Origin: Podarcis liolepis
Lineage: Eukaryota
Length of the DNA: 64,000 nucleotides
NCBI GenBank assembly: GCA_965112155.1
Contig: OZ218106.1
Strand: one strand, 5' to 3'
This document shows, piece after piece, positions 1 to 11,603 of this stretch; the first letter of the stretch is position 1, and each line of letters starts with the position of its first letter. The position numbers and the translations under genes were made by a program. The notes beneath the pieces were generated by a model. The model was not told the DNA's origin. It searched no databases and was given only the letters and a program-made list of their open reading frames with translations.

Positions 1-3000
1 TAGCAAACCACCGTTTCCAGGATTTGGGGGCGATGGGATCCATGACACGAGACTGCTTTAAATGTATAATGCCAATGGGGTCTTCATGTCGTTTGTTTTT
101 TCTAACCACTCTGATGGTTAAAATTGCACGTAGGATAATGAGGGTTTATAGGAGTTTATAATTAACGTTAGGCATTAGTGACCTGCTTTCAAACACTGTT
201 TGCAATTATTACAATAATTAAAATATTGTGACTCGACACACGTTTCCAAATTATGAACACTATTAGTTACCTTATCACAAGAAGTCCCATGAGACTCTCC
301 TACTCATCTTCTCCCTGCAGATTCAAGGACTAGGTGGCCTGTTTTCAAAAGGTGGCTGTGTTACAAATATTCATATCGCCATCTTTATCACCTTTCTCTG
401 GCCACCTTTTAAATTTCATCTCTGCCGTCTGTTTTTCTCTGCTGTCTGCATGACACTCTTCTCATCAATGTCACCTTTATTTAGCAATGTATACATGGAG
501 CAAGGATTAGTTCAGTTTGAGGTATAACGCCACTACTACTTTCCCACCAACATTGTAGAAAAGGAGCATTTAGTGGTGACTAAGTGGTAATCTTTTTCCT
601 TTCTTTTTCCTTTCCTTTTTTTTGATAAAGGCTACTTTTGTGCTGGTATGAGTTATTCATTTTTCACTAATTCCCCCCCTCCTTTTAACAAAACATTGCT
701 GTGATTATACTTTATGGCACATGGAGACTCCATCTTTTCTATCTTTTAAGCTCTTTCTCTTTCATTTCATCTTTTAGAAACCACACAGACATTTGCCATC
801 AAGGGTCCCTTAGAGTCATTACCCTTCCATGTATGTTGGCTTTCTGTTCTTACATCAATGACATAGATTTTCCCCCTTTGACTTTCCCCCCTTTTCATTC
901 TTCCCTTTTTAAATAATACATGCACAATTGTGCTATAAAGACTCATCAAAGTCACTGTGGCTCAACATTTATCTGCACTGAACTGTCTTTGTCATTCATT
1001 AGTCTTTCAAATGTTCACAGACTTTTTTTTAATCTAGTTAAATTCTTCAAAACGGGTTTCTTATTCTCTCATCTCTTTGTGAGTAAATTTTCTTTCTCGT
1101 TCTGTCTTTAACTTGCTGAGCATCATATGATGGCACTTTCCACAAGGAGTGCCAACAGGATTTTGTGGACCCAGGATGTGTATTGGGCCAACTTGCAAAA
1201 GAGGACACAGTTTTTCATTGTAAATATGCTTTGCGTCACATGCAGATTTGCAAGTGGAGTGAAGGGCTCTAAAATAAACTAGTGGGCACACATAAAACAA
1301 AATGCCTGACAGACAGGTAAAACCTTCCACATTATTGCATTTCCATACTAGAAAAGCCATAGCCTTTTGAATTTCTGCCTTGTACATAGCTGCTAAAGGC
1401 ACAATAACTTTTTCCCAGTGCCAACCCTAAAACAAAGCTGAGGCTACCACCCTATAGCCACTTATCTGAAATAAGCACCATTAAATGCAAAGAGACCTAT
1501 TTCTGACTAGATGTGTATATAGTAAATTCTTACTAAGTGCCTGGTTTTTAGCATCTGCACAGCAAGAAGTATGCCTAAACTTCTTTCCAAAGTTTTCACA
1601 TTTTGTATTTGCCATTTTATTTGGGATGTGGGATTTTAAACCTCCACCTGCACTTATTATGTAAAGTAGTAGCATTAGCAGAAAATAACTTACAGAGAGT
1701 ACTTCAGACCATGGAAAAGATCCATCCTGGTTGCTGGTGGGAGGGAGGCGATGACTCCATGCATTACAAGGACTAGAAAAGGAAGCAGAAACAGGAAAAG
1801 TAACCTACATGGGAAAGGAAAACCACAGCACTTTAGGACAGGGATCCTTGGCGTCCAAACAGTGCACTTATCAATCACATCTCTGACTTCTCCCCTTTCT
1901 TAAAAGCACTGGAAGGCAGGAGTAGCTCAGTTGGCTCATTTCAGACAGATCACTTGCACATCCTGCTTCACAACTTTCTTGCTAGCAAGACTAGAGAGAC
2001 TTAATTTAAAAAAGAAAAGAAATAAAGTTAAGAACCTGGAGCCCATGCAGGCTATGTTAAGTTTTTGGATGCTTTTATACATCCCAGTTCCTCATATTAC
2101 CAAATGTACCCTTGTTTTTTTCCCCCAGCTGGAATTCATCAGAACAGTTCCAGCACCTCTCAGGTGGGCACCATTGTCATTATAAGAGAACAAGGGAGGC
2201 ATTCATGGTAAGTTCCGGAACCTATTTTTCTAGAAAAATAGCACTGAATGTACCACTGTAAGGTTCAAGTGGAATTACCATTCACTGTTCAGAGGATATC
2301 CTTTTTTTCTTTCTCTGTTTTTGGGTATCTGCATCTTGCTGTATTCCATACTTACAGTGGGTGGAATGCAGCCCAGTGATCAGTGTGTCATCCTTTCCCT
2401 TCCTGACCCTTTCTCTTGACTTCTCACCACAGTTATAGCACCCTGTGTTTGTTGTTTTGCCTGGTTCTGAATCAGCAGGCACGATCTGTTGTTGTTTTAT
2501 TTATTTTAAAAGAATGTAGTTGTGCAATTCAATCTGCATTATTTATTTTAAGGGTGTTGCTTCCACCACCCCCTGCCCAGACCCACTAAATTTACCCTGG
2601 GTTTGGAAGGAAGAGCCACCAAAGGCAATATTGGGCATCTCAGCTCCTCTGCAGAGCATCCCTTTCTTCTATATACTGTCCTTCACTTTGGGACCAGCCA
2701 TGTCCTAGTAAGTGAGTTTTGGACTCCAATCCAAATGTTTGATGTGACTCTACCATTCTTTCTCATCATGCCTATACCTTGCTTTCCCTTGTTTACCCAT
2801 TTCCACATTCTTTCCTGCACTTCCTATTTCATGCATTCCTTACATGCCAGAGTGAGTGGATGACTGCAAAAAAAAGGTGAACTTATTTACTGCTTGGTAT
2901 GGAAAATATATTGTGCCATTCTTAGGATAGATCATGTGCACACGAGCATATCTTTACAAAGGTAACTTGTTAGTTAAAAAAGAAAATGGATTCACTTGCT

Positions 3001-3502
3001 TTCTTTATGCAATTTTTTCATGAGGTTGTGTGATTTTGTTCTTCCTAACAAAGCAACACTTACATTGAATGCAAGAGTTTGTGTTCTATTAAACGAGAGA
3101 AAAGAAATCTGCTTAAATAGCAGAGGTAGTGTTTAAGTTCCATAGTGTCAAGGCTAATCTCCTGTAAATGCTGACTATCTGAAAGAATAGCACTTGGAAG
3201 AATGGTTGCCATTGATGAACAATATGCATTCTTTCATTTTCTTGATTGTATGAATAGCAATTCTGGCATTTTACGTGTATATTTCTTTTCAGATTATTTC
3301 TGTCTTGTCAAGTGTAGATTTAACCATTAAATGTTTGAAGCATGCATTGAGTAATCACTTATGCATAACAAACATTAACTTGCTTAGATTCATGCCAAAA
3401 TTTTGGATAACTCTGAGTGATAGTCTTTCAGAAATTTTATGTGTTCCTATTTTAAGAGCTGCCTAGCAGCTTTCTGTGAATAGAACTATCACTGTGGATT
3501 GA

Positions 3503-3625
3503 GGCAACATTTTTCAACCTTGGCGTTGTTGTCTAGAACTTTCATCATCCCCAACCAGTCTAACCATGGATAATGGGGGTTGTAGCCCAGCAACATCCAG
3601 GGACCCAAGGTTGAAGAGCAGTGGA
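3503..3625. mobile_element. Short palindromic MITE (squamate hAT-like non-autonomous family), degenerate
   Basis: Imperfect inverted arms ttcaaccttgg ... ccaaggttgaa around a catcatcccc ... gggggttgtag core; related to 4212-4329. Confidence 0.55.
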
Positions 3626-4211
3626 TTAAGACAATCACTGACCAGAGTTTTGGGATTGACAAAGGAATGCTATTGAGCTTTGAAAACTAAGAGCTGTTTG
3701 GAGTACTATGGAGCTATCGCTATAGATCAGATGTTGGGCAGCAGATTTGGCTATCTGTTGGGGGTCAAAGTTGTGCTTTTTGCATGCGTGCTACAAACCA
3801 TACATTATTTGCATGGTTCATCATGCTTTCATTTAGATTACTTCAATACATTTTTGTTATGCAAGAAATAGGGATGGGTAGGTCTATTGATTTCAGATTC
3901 TTTCAGTTTCCCATTCTAAACAAAATAAATGTGGACAAGAAAGTCAGATCCAGAACATAGGGCCCAACAAGAACATTCATTATTGTTATTAAATACTATG
4001 GAATATTGAGGCCCATTAAGGAAGAAAGGCGGGATATATATGAAATGAATAAGTAAATACTGCCATAGTGTAAAAACCACCAAGAGACAATGAAAGAAAC
4101 GTGGAGGTCCAAAAGAAGTTTTGGTGGTGGGGTGGGTGGGATCAATGCAGTTCCTATCTTCTGCTCTTGTTTGCAGATTGCAATGCACACATTATCACCG
4201 TATGAACTGAC

Positions 4212-4329
4212 TTTCTCCAACTTGCTGCCCTCCAGATGTTGGATTATGAATCCCACCAGCCTAGCTGATGGCTGGGGCTGATGGGAGTTGTGGTTCAAAA
4301 CAACTAAGGATGACCAGGTTGGAGAAGGC
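4212..4329. mobile_element. Short palindromic MITE, same family as 3503-3625 (more degenerate copies near 27590-27735, 34450-34570, 40435-40555)
   Basis: ttctccaac ... gttggagaa termini; ccagatgttggattatgaatcccaccagcc / ggctgatgggagttgtggttcaaaacaac inverted core. Confidence 0.6.
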
Positions 4330-5299
4330 GTGTCATAAACATAAACATAGCCTTGTAGGCTGATGACACACAAAGAAAAAGGCCGTCAGTTGAAAACCAC
4401 ATCTACCCCATTAGAAATGGCAATAACCTATTTGCTTGCCCCGACTCATGCAGTGCTGCCAGGCATTTTGAAGATGGGTGAGAACTTTAATTTAAAACAC
4501 TACATATTTGTTTCATTTTCAGGAACAGAATATTGGTCTTAGTAAAAGCTGTCCTTCATTTGTATTTATTCTATACGAAGCTATTTTCAGCAGGTAATAA
4601 TTACTCTTAACAATTCGGTACAAGTGACTTGCAGTTTACATCCATTAGCATTAGGCAATGAGAAACTACAATGCTCACCATTTTCACCACAATCCATCCA
4701 TTAAATTATGCTTCCTTCTGCAAGGACAATATATTACCTTCCTCACCAATACTGATTAATGACGTGTGTGTGTGTGTTGTATAAGTAACATTTTAACATG
4801 CACATTGTTGGGTATCTTTAAATAAAAAATTCCATTAAGTGGAATACAAAAAATAAAAATAAAAAATGGTCTGAACTGCAGAAATGAAGAAGAATATCTG
4901 AAAGGTAGGCTTCTCAGATGTAAAGTGTCCTGTTTCATTCTCATCCATTCACTTGGAAAAAAATGATTATCAACAGTTTAATTACTACTCTCTTGACACT
5001 TGCAATACATTTCCAGAAGCAAGTCTGTATATTTACTTAAGGCTAAGAACCAGACAACTAAGCTGTCCTTTGAGGTGCTTCCTTCCATCATCCATATTTT
5101 TCCTACCTAATCTACACAGCAATATTTTTCAATGATTATGTCATTTCAGGACATATTTTAAGCTGCACAAACAGGGAGAGCACAATAGCCTCAAAGTGAA
5201 CAATAAGAACTCTGAGGACAAGCCAACTCTTTTGCTGTAAATGGCAATATGCCACAGTTTTCTACATGAGGAAGAGGATCTGGTTGGGAATCAGTAAAA

Positions 5300-7100
5300 C
5301 ATCAATAAATACTGTTTGGTTAAAAAGGACAAAATATTGCAAAGGCCTGTCTAAACAATACACTTTTCAGAAGTTTTTTAGACAGCAGTGGCAGACCGCG
5401 GGTCTCACATTTGATAAACACCCTGTGCAATGACAAAATTTTGCACTTCACCACCTTTCTCGTTCCATTCTAAAGCATCATTGTGACACCCCTGAGGCTC
5501 AGTGCCTAGTGCAACCAAACCAGTCACACTTCCCTAAATGTGCCTCTGATGACAAGGATGATTCCTACCAAACCACTGCTGGTAGGGAGTTCCAATGGGC
5601 AGCACCTGCCACACTAAGCACACAGTCCCTGTTAGATGTCATTATAGTTTAGCTAAACTTCAGGGGGCTTAGGAACCACCAGAAGGATCTCAGTGATCAG
5701 GGTGGAGCATAAGGGGTCAGACAGTCTTTAAAGTGCTTTGGGACTAAGTTGGTTGGGTTTGAAGAAAGTTGGCATCCAACAACTAGAAGGCCATTGTCAG
5801 GGAACTGACATCGGAGCGAGAGGCGAAGGGGAGGCTCCCAGATTATGCTGGCGAAGGACCCAGCAGCAGGGGGAGAAACAGCTCAGTAGAGGGGGAAGCC
5901 AATCAGCGCAACACCAGGGATAAAGGGGGGCAGACGGGGGAAGTGGAGAGAGGGCTCCAGGACTCTTCACTGGACATCAGTGAGGAGAGACTAGGTCCTC
6001 CGCTACCCACGCCTTCCCTGCACAGAAGACTCCCGCGCAGTGAGAGGAGGAGGAGACTTTTATGCTGGAACTTTTATGTTGGAAGAGGTTCAAGAAACGC
6101 CCACTGATGGATTCTGCCAGTGACTGAGGCAGCCACCATGAGGAGAGGCTGTGCAGTCAGAAAGTTTTAACAAGGCAAATTAATCAAGAAAGGCACCAGT
6201 TTACGCACGAGTAACTTATACCCATTACAGCCATCTACTCTGCACTGATGGACACACCTCTCTGGAATTTTGGAAAATGTTGGGCAAACATTATAGCTTG
6301 AATTCTTTTGAAACCTATATGGAGAATGAACCTTCTAGCTGCCAAACTGCTGAAGAAACTAGGGTTGGTGTTTAAAGGCAAGCTGGATGATAAACAGTAG
6401 ATGGCATAATCCTTCAGGGACCTGAGTGCCTCCTAAGAGCTGCTCAGTGTTTTCTACTAACAATGACTTCAATAATGGGTTTCCATTATTTTAAATGCTG
6501 TGCCCTCTTGGCAGGAAGCTCAGCAAATTGATGTGCATTATCTATGCAAAAGATTCCATGTGCTGTACGACAAGGAGTGGAAGCATCTGATGGCTTAGGA
6601 GAAATATGTTGTCTCTGACAAAACCAGGGTTGTGAGAGCTCATAAAATGACTCACCAGGTGCCAAAGCAACTTTAGGAAGGCATAAAAGATTAAATAGAC
6701 ATCTATTTTTCTTATTCTGTGGACCTGGTAACTAACAAATAATCCTAAATAAATCTGATGCATTGCTCCCAGCTGACATTCTAATACTCCCATGACCTAG
6801 TCCTCATAGCTATATCTGCCAAATAAATTTTTTATACTAATAGGCTCTTTTATCATGTGGTGCTACAAGCAAATTTGCTACAAGCACCCACTGTACGAAG
6901 GTGAAATTTGTCTCGGAGTCTTGAAATTCATCAATTACTCTCTGAGCAACTGGTTCACTACCATGTGTTAATGGCCAGAAGCTATATAAACACTCCTTGA
7001 TTGCATCCTGGAGGTGCACACAGAGAGAACTGCACCACAATTAGAGCCCTATTAGGGACTCTTTTTGGCTGGCTAAGTGATGCATTGTGATGGCACAATG
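5300..7100 (-). mobile_element. Highly decayed L2-clade LINE remnant, interrupted by a solo LTR
   Basis: ggtagggagttccaa...gccacactaag (~5581-5619) resembles the antisense of the L2 C-terminal 'APxxWNSLP' region; boundaries approximate. Confidence 0.35.
5795..6229 (+). mobile_element. Solo LTR (435 bp) of an LTR retrotransposon/ERV
   Basis: Begins TGTCA and ends TTACA (TG...CA); exact 5-bp direct repeat gccat at 5790-5794 and 6230-6234; purine-rich interior with retained CpGs. Strand is inferred. Confidence 0.75.
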
Positions 7101-8161
7101 TATAGGAAAAGAAGAGCGCTGAGTGCTGATAGGACTTCTGCAACTGTGACTGGGCACTGGGTCAAAGTGATAGCATTGTTTCGTATACAGCTCTTAAAAA
7201 TGGGAACTGTTAGCTGAATGACAGATCTCTAGTGCTGTATGAGCCAGGGACGTTTAATATCCATTTTTCTATTTCCTTCATCCTTGGAGGGGGATAATGT
7301 GATTTCCTTTCTCTTTTGATTGTCCAGTCCAGGAAGGAAAAGCTGTTTTGTTTTGTGCTTTTTCTTCAGAGGATGCGGGTGACAATTAATCATTGTATAT
7401 GTCTAGACCCCATGGTAATCTTTGTTCATGTTCCTGTCTCAACATTCATCTTTGGCACCGTCTGTTTAGCTTTAATACAGTCCAATTGATTTGTTTGCCG
7501 TTGCAATGCTGTTCTCATTCTTTTCCTCCTGGAACATCTTTATAGCACAAACTTGCCACATTTTCAAGCGCCAGCCGACAAAATTGATTTGCAGGATTAG
7601 AGCACAAAACATAACGGTATGGTAATAGTACCGAAGTGTGTGTCTCCATCTGCCTGCCTATCCCTGCTGTTATTCTAACACATCAGGAGCTGTGGCAATC
7701 TTTCCAGAGAAAAAAGGAAGCATCTGAAATGGGCTCTTTTAAATGGAATAAGAATGCTTCAAATGTAGGGTGTGCGTGTGACCCTAGACACACTTGTGAG
7801 GAAGCAGGCTCCATTAAACTTGGTGGGGTTTATTTCTGAGTTGATATGTGTAGGGTTGCACAGTCAGAAGACAAATTGTGTTCAAATATATATATTTAAA
7901 TGTGTAATTTAATGCACATGTTTGGGTGGTTGTTTTAAATGCAGATTAATGCAGAATTAGAATGGAGTAGGTTTATGGGTGGTGAACATACGCAAGGGGC
8001 ATGAACCAGAGACAGCTTCACCCATCCCTGCTGCAACATCTAAGTGCCTCTAGTTATGACAATGGCAGTTTGTAAGTTCCTTTTAAATTAGAGCATCTAC
8101 CAACTTCCTGTAATCTGCCTTCACCATCTCCCCTACCATGTGGCACACTTTAATCCCCTCT

Positions 8162-8714
8162 TGCCACAGAAACTGAAGGAAGGCAAGCAGATGACAAGCC
8201 TGGAGAGGGAATGAGTGGACAGAGCGTCATGAATGAGCCAGCTCCCAGTGAAGGCTTGCAGCCAACTGAAGAAAGCAGCCAGGAACAGAGAGGGTTAACT
8301 GCCAGGCAGGATGAGCATTGGCTAGTGCCAACTCACCCACCCCTTGGAATGCCGTTTGATAAGGGAATGGCGGAGAGCTGGCCGGAACCCAGCCAACACT
8401 CTCAGGAAGTGCCAATTGGCGTGAACAGAGAAGGAAGCAGTTTGTCAGAACGGGTAGAGATTGGAGCTGAGCCAATCCCTCCTAAGAGTGGGCTAAGGGG
8501 AGGGCTGTTAGACAGGAAACAAAGCAAGAGGTGCAAAGTGAGAAAGTTCAATATCTTCCGTAACTGGAAGATCTCTTCAGAAGGGTCATCTTGATGATGA
8601 TAGTGGAGGCTGTGTTAAAGCCACCCGGAGCTATCTGTTTGTTTGGACAATAAATCATCTTTTTTAATTAACTATGCTCACTGTGTTATGAAGCCAGGGA
8701 CTGAACTCCTGACA
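8162..8714 (+). mobile_element. Probable LTR-like element (solo or 5'-damaged)
   Basis: Purine-rich composition like 5795-6229, AATAAA near 8649, ends in ...cctgaCA; no clear TSD. The 127-aa ORF 8211-8594 is considered incidental. Confidence 0.4.
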
Positions 8715-9482
8715 CAGAGCTACCATTGCTACACTGGGAGATCTAAAAGGTGTATCTGCTGTACAGGGTGCAAAATGGTAACCCTGTTTTCAATCTAAGC
8801 ATGGCCGAACCTGCTTCTGAGATATGTTTGCATGTGCTGTCAATGGCAATCCCTGCAATAAATCTATAAAGCTGCACCAGACTCTCATTTCAGAAAAATC
8901 CTAGACTGGGTCTTATGGTTACTTTTTCATTTCTATGTATCTGGGTTGTTTTCTACTATACTTTAACTAATCCAGCTTTCTTCCCCTAAATGTTCCTTGT
9001 CTCTTTTGATTCTATCATGGCTTAATTGAGTTGCCTCCCTCTTCCCTCTCTGTATTTCCTTACTGTGAGTTGGACTGTCCATTCTAAGCCATTCTAAGCC
9101 TCTAAAATAGCCTACAAAGTTATTTCAGAGCTACTTGCTGAGAGCCACTGCTGTCACTGCTGCCATCAACAGTTGTTGCCCCCAATTGCTGTTTCCCTGT
9201 CTCCTTAGTAATCTCAACCACTTCCGTTGCTCGCTTCCAGATTCTTAATTTTATGCTTATGCACATGTGTGTGTGTGAAATAAGTCAGACGTCAGAAGTA
9301 AGTAGTAGTGTGGATAGGATAAACCCCAGGCTGGAATTCAAATTCATCCCTGAATACCTTGCTCCACCCTCTGAAGAAGGTTAACTGACACAAGAGCAGG
9401 AAGCAGAAGGGCAATCTGTATCAACCCAAATGAGCAGATATCACAAATAGCCCAGTCTGGCATTTCTGAACCTTGAATTCTA

Positions 9483-11603
9483 TTTTTTTTTTTAAAAAAT
9501 GATATTTATTGAAACAAAAAAAAAAAAAATTAAAATTACACAGAAAAAAGACAAAATTACAAAAAGGGGGGGGGGGAAACCAGAAGCATAAGAAGAAAAA
9601 TAAAAAATAAAACCCTCGGTTTCAAATTTTCCAATTTCCGTTACCTTCTTTCCATGACCTCCTCCTCCTCCCATCTCTTGTATCTTGATTAATAATTGTC
9701 ACAGCAAATCCTTTCCATAATTCATAATATTTTATCTTTACATTACCTTACTCTATTATCATCTTGTCTTATAAAAACGACCTTAAAGCTTAAAACTTAA
9801 ATCTTTTTTACCAACTTCTCATAACCATTACCTTTTTGCCAAATTCTTTAAACATTTTTACAAGAGCCAAGTTATTTCATTTCAACATTTTCCCAACATT
9901 CATAAAACATTTCTAGTAAAAATAATATAAAAAATACAGTAAAATAAAAACAATCCAATCTTCTTCCAGCGTCCCCTCCCCCCGGTCCCGGGATTATCAG
10001 TCTTCTTTTTTTTTTCTTTTTTTTTTGTCCCATTAGTCTGGCACATTAACCTGGTGCTCTTATATCCGAGGCCTTCAAATCTCTTCCATGTCCCTTCCGC
10101 AGCTCTTCTTCATATTTTCCTTTCACTCGCGGGAACTCCAGCTTAATAATGTTTTTGACCCTTTTCAGCAAATCAGCCCTTTTCTCACAGTCCAGACTAA
10201 GCTCCATGTGATGTTTAAAAACATATTTCAAATTCCCTCCAAAATTGAAAGTCTCAACAGCTCCAAACCTCTGACGGCCCATTGCCAGACTCGGAAAGTC
10301 CAAACATCCCTGCAAAGGGGGGGGGGGTCAGTCCAACCCCCCATTTCCAGTTCAATCCAAACTTTATCTTTCCAAATCTGGTTTTTTCCAAGTTCGTTTA
10401 TCAGATCCAAAGGCTCATTTTCCTGCTGGGCCAAAAGTCCCTCCATGCCTGGCGTCCCAGATTCAGCAAAATCCTCTTCTTTCTGTTGTTCTATCATGGC
10501 ACGCTCCTGTTTTAGTTCCTGAATGGGCTCCATGTACTTTTCCACTACCTGATCAAAGGTTCTGGCAGCATTAGTCATAAAAACCATCTTCTGACTTAAC
10601 TGATCCAATAGGGCGTTTATTTTACAGAAAGCACCCAACAGTGCTTCTGAAGGCATTGTCCTGCAAGGTCACAATATTCTTTCCCACAGTTGTAATCAGT
10701 AACAGCCGCAAGTTCCCAGGATTTAGTTACAATTTCATAGTTCCCCTCTAGGGGGAAAAACTTCTGATTGTTCTTTTCCTTGAAAACAATAGCAACAGAG
10801 TTTCTTCTTTAAGATATTTTGTCCATATTTGTTCTTTTAAGAGACGAAAGGAAACAATGGAATCACAATATTTCCCTCCTTTTAACTATCTGTCAAAGCA
10901 TTTATTTCTGGTCAATGAGCTTCAGTCATCAAACCTGACACCCCGCTCCAGGGTCAGGACAGTGGAAAATTACTTTACTTTAACTTTATTTCCACAGGTT
11001 TAAACAACTCAATAAAGGTCCCCCTTCTTCCCCTGCTTCCGAAGGGGGGTTCCGCAATTTTGAATGATGAAAGACGATCCTTTAAAAGTGATTTTTAAGG
11101 CTCTAGTTTACGTTGTCTTTGCTTTGTTATAACTACAAGAAAACGGAAGGGTGACTTCCTGTTTAGCCCTTTCCATTTCAGTACCAAATTAGGGTAAATT
11201 TTAGAGTCCAAGTTCCTTTTATTTCGCCAATTCTTGTTTAATATCCAGGTATTTAGCGTTCCAATACTCACAGTTAGTTATTTTCGATGCCAAATTGTCC
11301 CAGGAAAAAGGCAGCGCTCTCCGGCAACGGCTGTGCGGCTTCGCTCTGCAGAAAAAGCAATTGACTCACAGCACCGCGCCACTTCCCCCTCTTCACTTCA
11401 GAGCCCGTTTCTGGGTTCCTTAGTGGGTTGGGAGGGCGCTAAAGGTGCCCGCCGAGTCCCACGGTCACAGGCTTCATCCGCCTGTGATTTTCAGAAGGGT
11501 CCCCGCTACACCGCAGCGGGAAAGACCTGTTTTGTGCAGAGCTTATCCCTCCAGTTCAGAGGGAGTCCGCCATCACCGGAGGCGCCATCCCGGATGTCCC
11601 CTC
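9483..11603 (-). mobile_element. Full-length non-autonomous L1-type retroelement (~2.1 kb, HAL1-like architecture)
   Basis: 14-bp TSD aaccttgaattcta at 9469-9482 and 11604-11617; poly(A) (T run 9483-9493) with AATAAA (tttatt 9505-9510); minus-strand 5' end GAGGGGACATCCGGGATGGCGCC followed by a CpG-rich ~300-bp leader; no RT/EN coding sequence. Confidence 0.85.
10046..10656 (-). CDS. Element-encoded ORF with an N-terminal heptad/coiled-coil region (ORF1-like), probably one ~200-aa ORF frameshifted at a C11 run
   Basis: Overlapping minus-strand ORFs 10228-10656 (142 aa) and 10046-10315 (89 aa) switch frame next to the G11 run at 10317-10327. Confidence 0.45.

Noticed and set aside
11290-11603. 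Host-gene CpG-island promoter
   Set aside because: Lies wholly inside the TSD-bounded retroelement and is better explained as its internal promoter/5' UTR
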